Notes: generated by a model not told the origin, from the sequence alone. 59,449 nucleotides of DNA from Candidatus Hydrogenedentota bacterium (GCA_045863295.1 BTWA01000037.1:1-59449), one strand, 5' to 3'. Shown: positions 36,747 to 47,548, numbered from the stretch's first letter. Numbers and translations are program-made.

Positions 36747-38892
36747 TCCGCGAAGTATCGCGAAGATACTGGTGGCGGCCGTCGCCATCATTGGAATCTT
36801 CTGGTATTGGGGCGGAAGCGGGACTGTCACGGAGAGCCGCACGGCCTTTGAGGTCAAGCGCGGACCGCTGATGATTTCCATCATTGCGGGCGGCACCATT
36901 GAGGCACTTGAGTCTCAAACCGCAAAGTCGAGCATACGCGGCGAAACAAAGATACTTGAGATTGTGGAAGAAGGGACCTTTATCACCGAACAGGACGTAG
37001 CCAATCAGAAAATGCTGGTACGGCTGGACGATTCTCAATTGAAAGAGCGCTTCACGCAAGCCGAGATTGAATATCAAAGCGCGTTCGCAAATTTCACCGA
37101 TTCGCGCGAACAGTATGAAATTCAAATCAAGCAAAATGAAAGCGATATCAAGGCGGCGGAACTGGCGGCCCGGTTCGCGCGGATGGATTTCGAAAAATAT
37201 CTGGGCGCACAGCTTGCCGTGAATCTGCTGGAAGAACTGGGGTTGAACGTCGATCTCGCCACCTATATCACTCGAGAGGCGGCGGCCGACGCGGAATCCA
37301 AGGGCGATCCCGCCGTGGCAATTTCGGGTTCACCCGAAGACGATGCCGCGGCCGCAAGGCAGGCCACCGAGGAGGAAAGCCTGGATGAATCGCAGCCCAT
37401 GGTGCTGCCGGGCGGTGGCAAGAACCGCTACGATATTTCGCTGACCGACGAAGAGGGACGCAACAGCATTGACTTTACCAAGTATGCATCGCCCGATTTA
37501 CTGGGCGATGGCGAAGCCCAACAACGGCTGAGGGAGTTGCAGAGCAGCACCTTGCTGGCCAAACAGGAACTCGACCTCGCCCAAACGCAATTGGTGGGCA
37601 CGCGCCGTCTGGCCGAAAAGAACTTCGTCACGCAGCAAGAACTCGATAACGAAGAGCTGAAGGTTCGTAAGAGCGAAATCGGATGGAATTCGGCATCGAC
37701 TTCCGAAGAATTGTTCATTCGCTACGAGTTCCCCAAGCAGTCCGAACAATTCCTTTCGGACTTTGAAGAGGCGTTGCGCTCGTTGGAACGCACGTTGAAA
37801 CAGGCCATCGCAAAAGAAGCCCAGGCCGAAGCCCGGTTGCGTTCCAGTGAAGCCAACTTCAAATTGCGCAAGAGCAATCGGGACGAATTGGCAGAGCAAC
37901 TCGAAAACTGCATCATCTACGCTGAGCGGTCCGGTTTGGTTGTATATGCTGGAAGCAACGATTCATACCGCCAGCAGGCACAAATTGAAGAAGGCGCCGC
38001 AATACGGGAAGGGCAGGAAATCATTACCATTCCCGATATGACCCAGATGGCCGTCAATGTGAAAGTGCACGAGTCTTCGATCACCAAAGTGAAGCGAGGA
38101 CAGAAGACGAATATCACATTCGACGCGCGAAGGGGAGAGCGCTTGACCGGCGAAGTCATTAAAGTCTCGGTCTTGCCGGATTCCAACCGCCGTTACATGA
38201 GCCCGGATATCAAGGAATATGCGGTGTCTGTCCGTATCAACGGCTCCCACGAATGGTTGCAGCCGGGTATGAGCGCACAGTGCGAGATTATCGTGAACCA
38301 ATTACCGGACGTGATTTACGTGCCGTTGCAGGCGGTGGCGCCGAGAGGGCTCAAACGCGTTGCATTTGTCAGCGACCGTGCCGGGAATTTCGAGCAACGG
38401 GAAGTCGAAACCGGCGAGTTCAACAATGAATTCATCGAAGTGAAATCCGGATTGACCGAAGGCGAAAAAGTGCTGCTGCGTGTACCGGACGCTGTACGGC
38501 GGGAGCAGGCCGCGGAAGCCGAGAAAGAAGAATCAACTGGCGCCGAAGCCCAAGGCGAAAGTGAGGCTGACAGCAGCAAACCCACCGAAACTGGAGCGGC
38601 GACAGATCAAGCCGTAGGTGCTCCCGGCGGCGAAGGTGGAGAACGGCGCAGACGAGACGGTGCGGAAGGAGAAGGTGGCCCTGCCGCCTCGGCAGGCCCC
38701 GAAGGCGGCGACCGCCCTCGCGGTGAACGGGGAGGCTTTGGCGAAGGCGAAGGCCGGCCCCGCGGCGAACGCGGTGGTTTCGGCGGCGGTGAAGGCCGGC
38801 CCCGCGGCGAGCGAGGTGGTCCAGGTGGCGGCGAAGGCCGGCCTCGAGGGGAAGGATCACCGGCGGCCCCCGCGGCCCCGGCAGCGTCCTGA
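36691..38892 (+). CDS. Periplasmic adaptor (MacA/HlyD-like membrane fusion protein) with repetitive tail
   Basis: N-terminal TM, VKRGPLMISI, long coiled coil, IPDMTQM, LQPGMSA, VETG...IEVKSGLTEGEKV. Confidence 0.9.
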   Translation: MKTSTQSNSPQKTKFPFLNPRSIAKILVAAVAIIGIFWYWGGSGTVTESRTAFEVKRGPLMISIIAGGTIEALESQTAKSSIRGETKILEIVEEGTFITEQDVANQKMLVRLDDSQLKERFTQAEIEYQSAFANFTDSREQYEIQIKQNESDIKAAELAARFARMDFEKYLGAQLAVNLLEELGLNVDLATYITREAAADAESKGDPAVAISGSPEDDAAAARQATEEESLDESQPMVLPGGGKNRYDISLTDEEGRNSIDFTKYASPDLLGDGEAQQRLRELQSSTLLAKQELDLAQTQLVGTRRLAEKNFVTQQELDNEELKVRKSEIGWNSASTSEELFIRYEFPKQSEQFLSDFEEALRSLERTLKQAIAKEAQAEARLRSSEANFKLRKSNRDELAEQLENCIIYAERSGLVVYAGSNDSYRQQAQIEEGAAIREGQEIITIPDMTQMAVNVKVHESSITKVKRGQKTNITFDARRGERLTGEVIKVSVLPDSNRRYMSPDIKEYAVSVRINGSHEWLQPGMSAQCEIIVNQLPDVIYVPLQAVAPRGLKRVAFVSDRAGNFEQREVETGEFNNEFIEVKSGLTEGEKVLLRVPDAVRREQAAEAEKEESTGAEAQGESEADSSKPTETGAATDQAVGAPGGEGGERRRRDGAEGEGGPAASAGPEGGDRPRGERGGFGEGEGRPRGERGGFGGGEGRPRGERGGPGGGEGRPRGEGSPAAPAAPAAS
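38701..38856 (+). repeat. 42-bp tandem coding repeat, about 3.7 copies ((E/G)GEGRPRGERGG(F/P)G)
   Basis: Units start at 38701, 38743, 38785 and 38827. Confidence 0.9.
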
Positions 38893-38904
38893 CCGCACGA
38901 AAAC

Positions 38905-39600
38905 ATGGCAGTGCGCAATTCAATAGCAAGCGTCGTCGAAGTCCGCAAGTCCTACATGATGGGCGCGGTCCTGGTAGAAGCCTTGCGGGGGCTCTCGGTG
39001 GAGTTTCTCGAAGGCGACTATTGCACTATCATGGGCCCGTCAGGCTGCGGTAAGTCGACCCTGCTGAATGTATTGGGATGTCTGGATCGGCCAACCTCGG
39101 GACAATACCTGCTCGGCGGAGACGATGTGTCGAAGCTGGACGATGATACCTTGTCATCAATTCGCGGTGAACGTATCGGATTTGTGTTTCAATCCTACAA
39201 CCTCATTCAACAATTAACGGTGCTGGAAAACATCGAAGTGCCGTTATTCTATCAGGGGCGGCCAGAAGCTGAATGCCGTGCAATCTCCACCCAGTTGGCT
39301 ACACGGGTTGGACTCGCCCAACGCATGGATCATAAACCCTACGAATTGTCCGGCGGGCAGCAACAGCGTGTAGCCGTGGCCCGCGCCCTGGTCAACGACC
39401 CACTCATTATCCTCGCGGACGAACCGACGGGAAATCTGGACAGTACTTCCGGCTCGGACATCCTCAATCTATTTGACGAACTGCGCGACCAAGGCAAGAC
39501 CATTATCATGGTTACCCACTCCGATGAAGTGTCTGCGCGCGCAGACCGTGTAATACGCCTCCGTGACGGCGTGGTGGAACGAGATGAGCGGCATAACTAA
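38905..39600 (+). CDS. ABC transporter ATP-binding protein (MacB/LolD-like)
   Basis: [32 protein letters not shown]. Confidence 0.95.
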   Translation: MAVRNSIASVVEVRKSYMMGAVLVEALRGLSVEFLEGDYCTIMGPSGCGKSTLLNVLGCLDRPTSGQYLLGGDDVSKLDDDTLSSIRGERIGFVFQSYNLIQQLTVLENIEVPLFYQGRPEAECRAISTQLATRVGLAQRMDHKPYELSGGQQQRVAVARALVNDPLIILADEPTGNLDSTSGSDILNLFDELRDQGKTIIMVTHSDEVSARADRVIRLRDGVVERDERHN

Positions 39601-40924
39601 GCACCAATTGAGCGAATTGTCGCCAACGCGGCTGAAGCGCACCGTCATGCTGGGACTTAAAAGTCTCTGGGTTCACCGTTTGCGCTCCCTGTTAACCATG
39701 ATGGGTATCGTGTTTGGCGTCATGTCGGTTATCGCTATGCTTGCGATTGGCGAAGGTCTCAGCTTCGAAGCCCAGGAACAGATCCGGCGCATGGGCAGCA
39801 ACAACATTATTATCAAAAGTGTGAAGCCCGCCGAGGACAAGAGCACCAACACCCAGGACCGCTCCATCATGCTCGAGTACGGACTGACCTACGAAGACAT
39901 GACGCGGCTGCAATACACAATTCCCTCCGTGGAAGTCGTCTTGCCCAGCCGAATCATCCGCGAAGACGTTTGGCATGGCTCGCGAAGGGTGGGCTGCACC
40001 ATCATTGTCACCGTACCCTGGTATCCTGCCATGAGAAATCACCAGCCGGCAATCGGCCGGTTCTTTGACGAATCCGAGCAGGATGACAAGAAAAACGTCT
40101 GCGTTCTTGGCGCCGGCATGGACCGTGAATTGTTTCCCATCGACGACCCAATCGGCAAGTCCGTTCGTATCGGTCAGAGTTACTATCAGGTTGTCGGTGT
40201 CATGGAGCCAAAGGCAACCGTTACCGGGGGAGGGGGAACTGCCCAAACATCCGGAAGCGCAACGAAGACCACTTCGGCGGATAACCAGTTTGAACTGTAC
40301 ATTCCTTTGTCCGCGGCAAAATCACGCTTCGGCGAAACCCTGATAAATCGCAGTACCGGTAGTTTTACCGCGGAGCGGGTTCAGATCCACGAAGCCACAG
40401 TCCAGGTTTCTAACCTGGAAGATGTAATCGAAACCTCACTCATCATAGAGGAAATTCTGGCATCGACACACAAAAAGCGTGATTATGAGTTAATCGTACC
40501 ACTCGGCCTGCTCCAACAGGCCGAACGCACGAAAAGAATATTTAACATCGTTTTGGGCGCTATTGCAGCGATTTCACTGCTTGTCGGTGGTATCGGCATT
40601 ATGAACATCATGCTGGCTACTGTCACGGAACGTACCCGGGAAATCGGCATCCGCCGCGCTCTGGGGGCCAAGCAGCGGGACATTGTCCTTCAATTTCTCA
40701 TTGAGACAGTCTTGCTCTCCGGAGTGGGAGGCCTGCTGGGCGTGGTGTTAGGAGTCTCGATACCCTTTTTCATTACCTTCTTTGCAGAAATGAAGACGAT
40801 TATCACGATCTGGTCTCCCGCGGTGGCGTTCTCCATTTCAGCCCTGATTGGCATTGTATTTGGCATTTATCCGGCCATGAGAGCCGCAAAGATGGATCCG
40901 GTGGAAGCCCTGCGGCACGAGTAG
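39584..40924 (+). CDS. MacB-like ABC transporter permease
   Basis: [51 protein letters not shown]. Confidence 0.95.
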   Translation: MSGITKHQLSELSPTRLKRTVMLGLKSLWVHRLRSLLTMMGIVFGVMSVIAMLAIGEGLSFEAQEQIRRMGSNNIIIKSVKPAEDKSTNTQDRSIMLEYGLTYEDMTRLQYTIPSVEVVLPSRIIREDVWHGSRRVGCTIIVTVPWYPAMRNHQPAIGRFFDESEQDDKKNVCVLGAGMDRELFPIDDPIGKSVRIGQSYYQVVGVMEPKATVTGGGGTAQTSGSATKTTSADNQFELYIPLSAAKSRFGETLINRSTGSFTAERVQIHEATVQVSNLEDVIETSLIIEEILASTHKKRDYELIVPLGLLQQAERTKRIFNIVLGAIAAISLLVGGIGIMNIMLATVTERTREIGIRRALGAKQRDIVLQFLIETVLLSGVGGLLGVVLGVSIPFFITFFAEMKTIITIWSPAVAFSISALIGIVFGIYPAMRAAKMDPVEALRHE

Positions 40925-40963
40925 GCAATACATTACCTGTCTGCGCGAGGGCAAAATATTAAA

Positions 40964-40992
40964 TTGTTGACAAACCGGTTTTGTGGTATCAT
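40964..40992 (+). promoter_or_regulatory. Putative sigma70 extended -10 promoter
   Basis: TTGTTG-N17-TATCAT with TGn extension and an AT-rich upstream segment. Confidence 0.5.
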
Positions 40993-41063
40993 GCCGTCGC
41001 ATCGCAAAAGTACGCATCCGGTAATTCCACGCTGATCGAACTCCCCGATCATGTGAGGCTGGC

Positions 41064-41465
41064 GTGAATCTGGACCGTGTTAAGAAAATCTTGCAGTCGC
41101 TCGCGGAAGGCATTGACCCTTATACAGGGGTTGCCTTACCGACCGATAGCGTCTACCACAATCCAAGCACGGTTCGTGCGCTCTATACCGCATTGCGCGC
41201 ACTGGACGAATCCCGGGAACTTCAAAAAGAAGCGTTGAAGGAATCGAAACCAAGTCCGGTGCTCCCCTCACCCAAACCTACCGCCGAAACATCAAATGCA
41301 AGCCGCCTGTGGGACAAAGGAGAGGACCGGCAACTCAAGGATGGGTTTCGCGCCGGACTTACGGCGGAGGAGTTGGCCGCGAAGCACGGCCGGTCCGTGG
41401 GTTCCATTACGGCCCGGCTGGTTTACCTGGGGCTGGTTTCCGCTCCCGGACACAAATTCTCCTGA
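41064..41465 (+). CDS. Hypothetical protein with Myb/HTH-like C-terminus
   Basis: LAEGIDPYTG N-terminus; W...EDRQL...F..G....ELA..HGRS.GSI.ARL. Confidence 0.75.
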   Translation: MNLDRVKKILQSLAEGIDPYTGVALPTDSVYHNPSTVRALYTALRALDESRELQKEALKESKPSPVLPSPKPTAETSNASRLWDKGEDRQLKDGFRAGLTAEELAAKHGRSVGSITARLVYLGLVSAPGHKFS

Positions 41466-41472
41466 GTCATGC

Positions 41473-42252
41473 TCACTGCCTCGCCGGTATCCACGCGGCC
41501 GGATCTTGCCGGTAGAAATTACTCAGAACTTGGTAGAGCGCTTCGTGCCGCCGCCGGAGGGCGTGTGGTTTCTCAAAGAAACTCTCCGTAGCTACCGCAA
41601 AAAACTCCGCGGGATCGGATGCCCCGTACGCATCCAGAGCGCTCGGTCCACGTGTCGAAAGGGCATCGTTCAAGCGTTGGTATTCTTCGCCAAGGACCCG
41701 TACCCATTCGTCGTAATCGGATTGCAGTTCCAGCAACGGTGCGCCATCGGCCTCCAGATTCTCCGAATCGATCTGATGCGCAAATTCGTGCAAAATGACG
41801 TTGAACCCATCGTTGGGATGACGAATGTCATACCGGATCTGACTCCATGAAAGCGCAATCGCGCCAAGTTCCGACGATTCCCCGCTTAGGACAGCCTCGG
41901 ATTCTACGATTCCGTCGAACGTTTCGAACGCATCTCTGGGTGAAATGAAATCGTCCGGGTATACAAGGATGCTCATGAGTCTGGGAAAAAAATCGGTCTC
42001 GCGGTGCAAGAGGAGGACACTCGCCTGGGCCGCAATGGTGACTCGCATGGCGTCGGAAAGTTCCAATCCTCCGCAGCCTTCAAAATTCTTCTCCGCGAGT
42101 ACAATTTGCGTGTGGCGGTACAGTTCCATCCGGCTTTCGTCGGGCAAATAGCGGCTGTATGGGACATTCCGTTCAATACAGTCCGTTTGCACGGAAGATA
42201 GGGATCTCGACAGAATTCGTTTTCGGCGTCTGCGCTTGATAAATCCAAACAT
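41473..42252 (-). CDS. MtfA-like zinc-dependent peptidase (M90)
   Basis: NVILHEFAHQID, EFFAVATESFFEKP, FYRQDP. Confidence 0.92.
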   Translation of the reverse strand: MFGFIKRRRRKRILSRSLSSVQTDCIERNVPYSRYLPDESRMELYRHTQIVLAEKNFEGCGGLELSDAMRVTIAAQASVLLLHRETDFFPRLMSILVYPDDFISPRDAFETFDGIVESEAVLSGESSELGAIALSWSQIRYDIRHPNDGFNVILHEFAHQIDSENLEADGAPLLELQSDYDEWVRVLGEEYQRLNDALSTRGPSALDAYGASDPAEFFAVATESFFEKPHALRRRHEALYQVLSNFYRQDPAAWIPARQ

Positions 42253-42262
42253 GTACGCGTCG

Positions 42263-42994
42263 TTACTCGTTGCGGTCCGGGTCTTTGGCGAAAACGAAAA
42301 AGTGCTGCGATGGCAGAAACTCCATCAGATCGACGAGTTCGAAGCCTGCGGCATTCCATTCCGCAAGCACTTGTCTTACCGACATGCGGTGGTCTTCTTT
42401 AATGTGCTTTGCGGTTTCGCCTTCAAGGCGGTACTCCAGCAGGGCCACTTTGCCGGTTTCTTTGAGGCACGTTTTGATTTTCGCCAACATGGGTTGCGGG
42501 TCCTGAAACTCGTGGTAGGTATCCACCAACAACACCCAATCAATTGCATTCTCCGGCAACTTCGGGTCGGCCTCGGCCCCCAGCACGGGAATCACATTCT
42601 CCACGGCCTCCTTCGCGCAGAGGTCCTTGAGAATGTCGAGCATTTCAGGCTGAATGTCCACGCCAAATACCTTGCCGCCGGGCCCGACCTTTCGGGCGAT
42701 CCGCCGTGCAAAGAACCCGCTACCCACGCCGATATCCGCTACGATATCGCCGTCCTTCAAGTTCATGGCGGCAATCACCTCGTCCGGGCGTTCTTCATCG
42801 ATCCGCTCCGGGCGCTCGAGCCACTCGGCTCCTTGAAAACTCATCACGTTGGCCGGCTTGCGCCCGGTTTCAGGATGCGCATGTTCGTGGTCATGCGCGC
42901 TCTCTGATACTTCGTCTGCCCAAGCCGTTGTGAGCAACGCAAGACCACCGCCCAGAAAGACGAACATGGCCAGCGTGGTTTGGAGTGTCCTCAT
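42263..42994 (-). CDS. Class I SAM-dependent methyltransferase with signal peptide
   Basis: VADIGVGSG, GVDIQPEML, DTYHEF; N-terminal MRTLQTTLAMFVFLGGGLALLTTAWA. Confidence 0.88.
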   Translation of the reverse strand: MRTLQTTLAMFVFLGGGLALLTTAWADEVSESAHDHEHAHPETGRKPANVMSFQGAEWLERPERIDEERPDEVIAAMNLKDGDIVADIGVGSGFFARRIARKVGPGGKVFGVDIQPEMLDILKDLCAKEAVENVIPVLGAEADPKLPENAIDWVLLVDTYHEFQDPQPMLAKIKTCLKETGKVALLEYRLEGETAKHIKEDHRMSVRQVLAEWNAAGFELVDLMEFLPSQHFFVFAKDPDRNE

Positions 42995-43569
42995 GATGTG
43001 GCTCCCAATTCTTGTTCTATCGCTTGCACCACCGCTTTGGACATTGGAGCGATGCCGGGTTCGAAGCGCGCCTTTACCCGTCCATCGCGCCCTACAAGAA
43101 ACTTGGTGAAATTCCACTGGATCGCGCCGCCCATCGGACCGTTTGCGGTTTCGGAAGTCAGGTCCGCATACAGTGGATGGATGTCGCGGCCATTCACGGA
43201 TATCTTCTTGAACACGTCGAAGTGCACACCGTAATGGATAGTGCAAAAGGCCTGTATCTCATCGTTCGTACCGGGTTCTTGAGCACCGAAGTTGTTGGCC
43301 GGGAATGCGACCACGGCCAGACCGCGTGCCCGGAACCGGTCGTCCAGTTGCACCAGCCCCTTGTACTGAGGAGTCAGTCCACATTGGGAAGCCACATTGA
43401 CCAACAACAAAACCTGTCCGGGATACCTGTCGCCAAGAGGGCGCGCCAAACCATCAACGGATTCGACGGCATGCCCCGTTACGTCAGCCCCATTGCCGGT
43501 GAGCGGCTTGGGCGACCAAAGAAACCGGCCCACGATGCGACCGGCCAGATGTCGGAGTGCGGACAGCAT
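42991..43569 (-). CDS. Glutathione peroxidase family protein (Cys type)
   Basis: VNVASQCGLTPQY, FPANNFGAQEPG, WNFTKFLV. Confidence 0.95.
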   Translation of the reverse strand: MLSALRHLAGRIVGRFLWSPKPLTGNGADVTGHAVESVDGLARPLGDRYPGQVLLLVNVASQCGLTPQYKGLVQLDDRFRARGLAVVAFPANNFGAQEPGTNDEIQAFCTIHYGVHFDVFKKISVNGRDIHPLYADLTSETANGPMGGAIQWNFTKFLVGRDGRVKARFEPGIAPMSKAVVQAIEQELGATS

Positions 43570-43575
43570 GTTCCC

Positions 43576-44055
43576 TTACTCCCGGACCTTTGCAAGTTTT
43601 ACCTTGCGAAGCCCATGTATGATCTTCCATTCCGCCGGAGTGACAGGCTGCACGGACAGGCGAGAGTTCTGAAAAAGCACCATGCCCTTCAGCCCCTCCT
43701 TCGCTTTCAACTCATCCGAGGATATAAACGGATTAAAAGGATACTTGGGTCGGACCTCGACACAGTCCCATCGTGGTTTTTCTGGGGTGCTCTTGGCGTC
43801 GTAATATGGCGAGTCCTTGTCAAACTGTACCGGATCCGTATACGCCTCGTTCACAATTTCCATCACTCCAGCAATGGCGGTCGGTTTGATCACGCTATGA
43901 TAAAACAGCGCAAGGTCGCCCTTTTTCATCCCGCGTAGATGGAGCCTTGCCTGATAGTTACGGACTCCATCCCAACGGCCAACACCCGATGATTCCCGGC
44001 ATAGGTCGTCCCAACTGTAGGTGTCGGGCTCGGATTTAAGCAGCCAATAAGCCAT
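43576..44055 (-). CDS. EVE domain protein
   Basis: MAYWLLKSEP, WDGVRNYQAR, FYHS, YYDAKS, RLSVQPV. Confidence 0.93.
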   Translation of the reverse strand: MAYWLLKSEPDTYSWDDLCRESSGVGRWDGVRNYQARLHLRGMKKGDLALFYHSVIKPTAIAGVMEIVNEAYTDPVQFDKDSPYYDAKSTPEKPRWDCVEVRPKYPFNPFISSDELKAKEGLKGMVLFQNSRLSVQPVTPAEWKIIHGLRKVKLAKVRE

Positions 44056-44278
44056 ACAATTCCCTAGGGTGGGTGGAACGGACATCGGTCCCCTGCAACA
44101 TCTTCGCCGAATACCGCCACTCCCGAATAACGTTGTTATACCCGTCGGCAGAAGAATGTACAAATACGCGGTCCGCCGGATTCCGGACACTCGTCGACGG
44201 TCGCATTTTGCAGCCATCCAATCCCTCTTGCTAAACTCAATTTGTGCTGCAAGTACCGAAATCGTGCAAGGAGATTCC

Positions 44279-45121
44279 ATGTCCGGCATATCCCCAGGTC
44301 GATTTGAGGGCACCGACCGGTATTACCTCGATCCTGAACTGCAATCGATCGTGAATATCGCCCTGCAAATGGAAAAGCCGTTGTTGCTCACCGGCGAGGC
44401 CGGCACAGGGAAGACGCAGTTGGCGTTTGAGGTGGCGCGCGCGCTGGGGATGCGGATGGAGATTCTTCGTGCCAAGTCGACTATTAAGGGCGAGGAAGCC
44501 TGCTACGTCCAGGACACCGTACTGCGACTGAACGATGCGCGATTCGGCTCGGCGGCAACCGGCAGAGACGTGGCCAATTTCTTCGACTACGTAATTTGGG
44601 GACCAATAGGCCGGGCGTTTCGCGCGGACGAGCGGGTCGTACTTCTCCTTGACGAAATTGACAAGACCGAGTCCGACGTCCAGGACAACCTTTTGGACAT
44701 TTTGGAAGATACGGAGTTCACAATTCGCGAAGTAAACGAAACCATTAAGTCAAAAATCCGGCCTGCCATATTCATCACTTCCAATGCAAAGCGCGAGTTG
44801 TCCGATCCCTTTCTACGCCGCTGCTACTGTCATCACATAAGCTTCCCCACACCGGATCAAATGCGCCAGATTGTCATGCTGCACTTTCCCAAAACAAGCC
44901 CCAAGCTGATGGAAACAGCTATCGCGATATTCTATGAACTCCGCGAAAGGGGATTCGAAAAACCACCTGCAACCAGCGAGCTAATCAATTGGATCGGCGC
45001 GTTGGAGCGGATGAGCCTGGTTCCCGATCCAAAATTGCCGCCGCTCATTGGTGTCCTCCTGAAGAGGTCTGGCGACATTCAGCGCTTCCGGGAAGGCGGT
45101 TCCCGGCCAAGGTATGTGTAA
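44279..45121 (+). CDS. MoxR-family AAA+ ATPase
   Basis: GEAGTGKT, LLDEIDK, ITSN..RELSDPFLRRC; AGGAG SD. Confidence 0.92.
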   Translation: MSGISPGRFEGTDRYYLDPELQSIVNIALQMEKPLLLTGEAGTGKTQLAFEVARALGMRMEILRAKSTIKGEEACYVQDTVLRLNDARFGSAATGRDVANFFDYVIWGPIGRAFRADERVVLLLDEIDKTESDVQDNLLDILEDTEFTIREVNETIKSKIRPAIFITSNAKRELSDPFLRRCYCHHISFPTPDQMRQIVMLHFPKTSPKLMETAIAIFYELRERGFEKPPATSELINWIGALERMSLVPDPKLPPLIGVLLKRSGDIQRFREGGSRPRYV

Positions 45122-45145
45122 GCCCCGTCGTCCGAGAGATGGATC

Positions 45146-46369
45146 ATGACAACACTCGCTGCCAGAGAATTTCAAACCATTCTTTTTCAGGATTTCTTGT
45201 ATCTGCTCCGTGAATTCGGGGTGCCCGCAGGCACGAAAGATCTCATTGATCTCAATAAAGGCATCGACCAAGGGGTGGTAAGTTCCCTTGACGACTTGTA
45301 CGTGTTCATGAGGCTAACGTTTGTCCGGCGCGTCGAACATATGGATGCATTTGAGCGTGCATTTCTGTTGTATTTCTTCGGAATCGACGTGCCCCCGGTG
45401 GCAGAGGGCGATCTGGCATTGTTGCGCACCAAGGCGTTCAAGGATTGGCTGCGTGAGCTCATCGAATCGGGAAAAATTCCAGAACACAAGATTCATCAGA
45501 TGACTCCCCATGAATTGATGGACAAGTTCTGGGAAACGCTCCGGGAGCAAATGAAAGCGCATGCCGGCGGTACCAAATGGATAGGGCAGCGCGGCAATTC
45601 TCCGTTCGGACACACCGGCAATGCAGAGCGGGGCATCCGCGTAGAGGGCGTGTCCCGGAACCGTTCCGCGCTGAGTGTAATCGCAAACCGCCGCTACCTT
45701 GCTTACGCGGACACCAATACATTGCGCGGTGATAATCTCCGGCAAGCGCTGGAGTCGATGAAGCACATGCGCAACGAAGGCCCGTATACCCGACTGAACC
45801 TCGATGAAACCATCCGCAGGACGGCAGCCAACGGCGGTGAGATTGACATCGTATTCGAACGCGATTTGCGAGACCGGATCCGTGTGGTTCTGTTGGTGGA
45901 CAACGGCGGATTCTCAATGGACGCCTTCATCGAGCGCACTCGGCTTCTGTTCTCCAAGATGCGATCGCGATTCGAGGATTTGTCCACTTACTACTTCCAC
46001 AATACGATTTACCAAAATGTGTGGTCCGACTTTCGTAGAACCCGGAAATATCCGGTGGAGCAGTTGCTGCTTCGAAAACCCGATACCCGTTTTGTATTTG
46101 TCGGAGACGCCACGATGGCGCCGGAAGAACTCGAAATGCCGTTCGGCAACCTCTACTACTACGAACGCAATCCGCGCTCGAGCCTGTATTGGTTGCGCCG
46201 TATCGCCGATCGGTTCCCGCACGCCGTCTGGCTCAATCCGTTGCCGCGAGAATCCTGGGAACGGACACACGGATCCCATACGCTCGGGCGGATACGCGAA
46301 ATCTTTCATATGGAAGACATGACACTCGGCGGTATTAAAGGTATGGTAGAAAGGCTCAGCGAACGGTAA
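45146..46369 (+). CDS. vWA/CoxE-like partner of MoxR
   Basis: GGTKWIG...SPFG..G, LLVDNGGFSM, YYFHN, FVGDATMAP.EL, VWLNP. Confidence 0.88.
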   Translation: MTTLAAREFQTILFQDFLYLLREFGVPAGTKDLIDLNKGIDQGVVSSLDDLYVFMRLTFVRRVEHMDAFERAFLLYFFGIDVPPVAEGDLALLRTKAFKDWLRELIESGKIPEHKIHQMTPHELMDKFWETLREQMKAHAGGTKWIGQRGNSPFGHTGNAERGIRVEGVSRNRSALSVIANRRYLAYADTNTLRGDNLRQALESMKHMRNEGPYTRLNLDETIRRTAANGGEIDIVFERDLRDRIRVVLLVDNGGFSMDAFIERTRLLFSKMRSRFEDLSTYYFHNTIYQNVWSDFRRTRKYPVEQLLLRKPDTRFVFVGDATMAPEELEMPFGNLYYYERNPRSSLYWLRRIADRFPHAVWLNPLPRESWERTHGSHTLGRIREIFHMEDMTLGGIKGMVERLSER

Positions 46370-46472
46370 CGCAACTGGACATGAACGGTATTCGGTAGCG
46401 AGAATCGCTGGGCCGAGTTGAGGCACGATCGCGGCGCGGCGGCAACCGCATTTCCCTTGGGGGCGACGGCAC

Positions 46473-47501
46473 GTGGAGCATTCCGAAGCACAAGATCTGT
46501 TTGCCAAGGCGGGCCAGTTGTATCTCGATGGCCGGTATGACGAAGCACTCGACATTCTGACGACCCTGGACGAAAGATATCCAAACAATCATCGCGTGCT
46601 GAAGGCAAAGGCCCGCACCTTGGGAAAAATCGGGCGCCTCGACGAGGCAATCGCTCTGTGCGACAGGCTGATCGACGAGTTCAACTATGAAAAAGCCCGC
46701 CAATTGCGCGACAAATTACAGCGACGGCTCCACGGTGGGCCCGCTGACGATTCCGTTCAGGGGCCGAGCGATGATGACAAGGCGTATCCCTTGGAAGTCG
46801 TGGAGGAAGTGCGTGAGTCCGACCACGAACCCATGGAAGGCGGCGTTCATGTGGTATCGCTGCAACCCAAAGAGCGCCGCTTCAAAATCAAACCCATCCG
46901 GCTGCTCATTCTCGTGGCCATTGCCGTCGGAGTCTATTTGGGCTATGTGCCCTGGTGGCTGGGCGTAGGCATCGTGGGGGCGTACTTCGTAATCAAGTAT
47001 GCAATCCGTGCGGCGCTCTATCGACTGTTCACTTTGCCCTTCAAGATGAAGGGCAAAGCCCTCGACGGCGCTACGGTGGAAATGCACGGTTTCGAATGGA
47101 CCCAGAAACCAACGTCCGAAGCCGGCGACGATGAAGACGAGAATGAATCGAAGCCGAAGGTTCCACTGGAATACGCCTGGATCGACGTAACCATCTCGCC
47201 GCCGCCTCGTACGCAAGGGTTCACCCATTGGGAACCTGGGGAACTCGCGCTGGCCCCGTACAAGACCAAGATCAAGTCGCTTGACGACATGGACAAATGC
47301 TTCCACATTCACGACTACAAGCACGTGGTGGCTGGCAAGGAATTCGAAGAAGGCGAAGAGGACAATGACGAGGAAGAGTATGGGATGAAGGTGCACGGCC
47401 CCCATCGCATCAAAGTGTTGGTTGGCTTGCCCCAAGGCGAACGCGAATTCAAGTTCGTCTACTACTCGGTGGTGTTTGGCCGAATAGACCTGGTGCGCTA
47501 A
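46473..47501 (+). CDS. TPR-containing membrane protein
   Basis: N-terminal TPR-like helices (GRYDEAL, GRLDEAI), two hydrophobic segments, acidic C-terminal domain. Confidence 0.8.
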   Translation: MEHSEAQDLFAKAGQLYLDGRYDEALDILTTLDERYPNNHRVLKAKARTLGKIGRLDEAIALCDRLIDEFNYEKARQLRDKLQRRLHGGPADDSVQGPSDDDKAYPLEVVEEVRESDHEPMEGGVHVVSLQPKERRFKIKPIRLLILVAIAVGVYLGYVPWWLGVGIVGAYFVIKYAIRAALYRLFTLPFKMKGKALDGATVEMHGFEWTQKPTSEAGDDEDENESKPKVPLEYAWIDVTISPPPRTQGFTHWEPGELALAPYKTKIKSLDDMDKCFHIHDYKHVVAGKEFEEGEEDNDEEEYGMKVHGPHRIKVLVGLPQGEREFKFVYYSVVFGRIDLVR

Positions 47502-47548
47502 ACCAGCACAACCCACCGAATGGGCACAGCTTCTTGTTTACGACGGCC

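Noticed and set aside
42991..43569. Selenocysteine in the glutathione peroxidase
   Set aside because: The active-site codon is TGT (Cys); no in-frame TGA.
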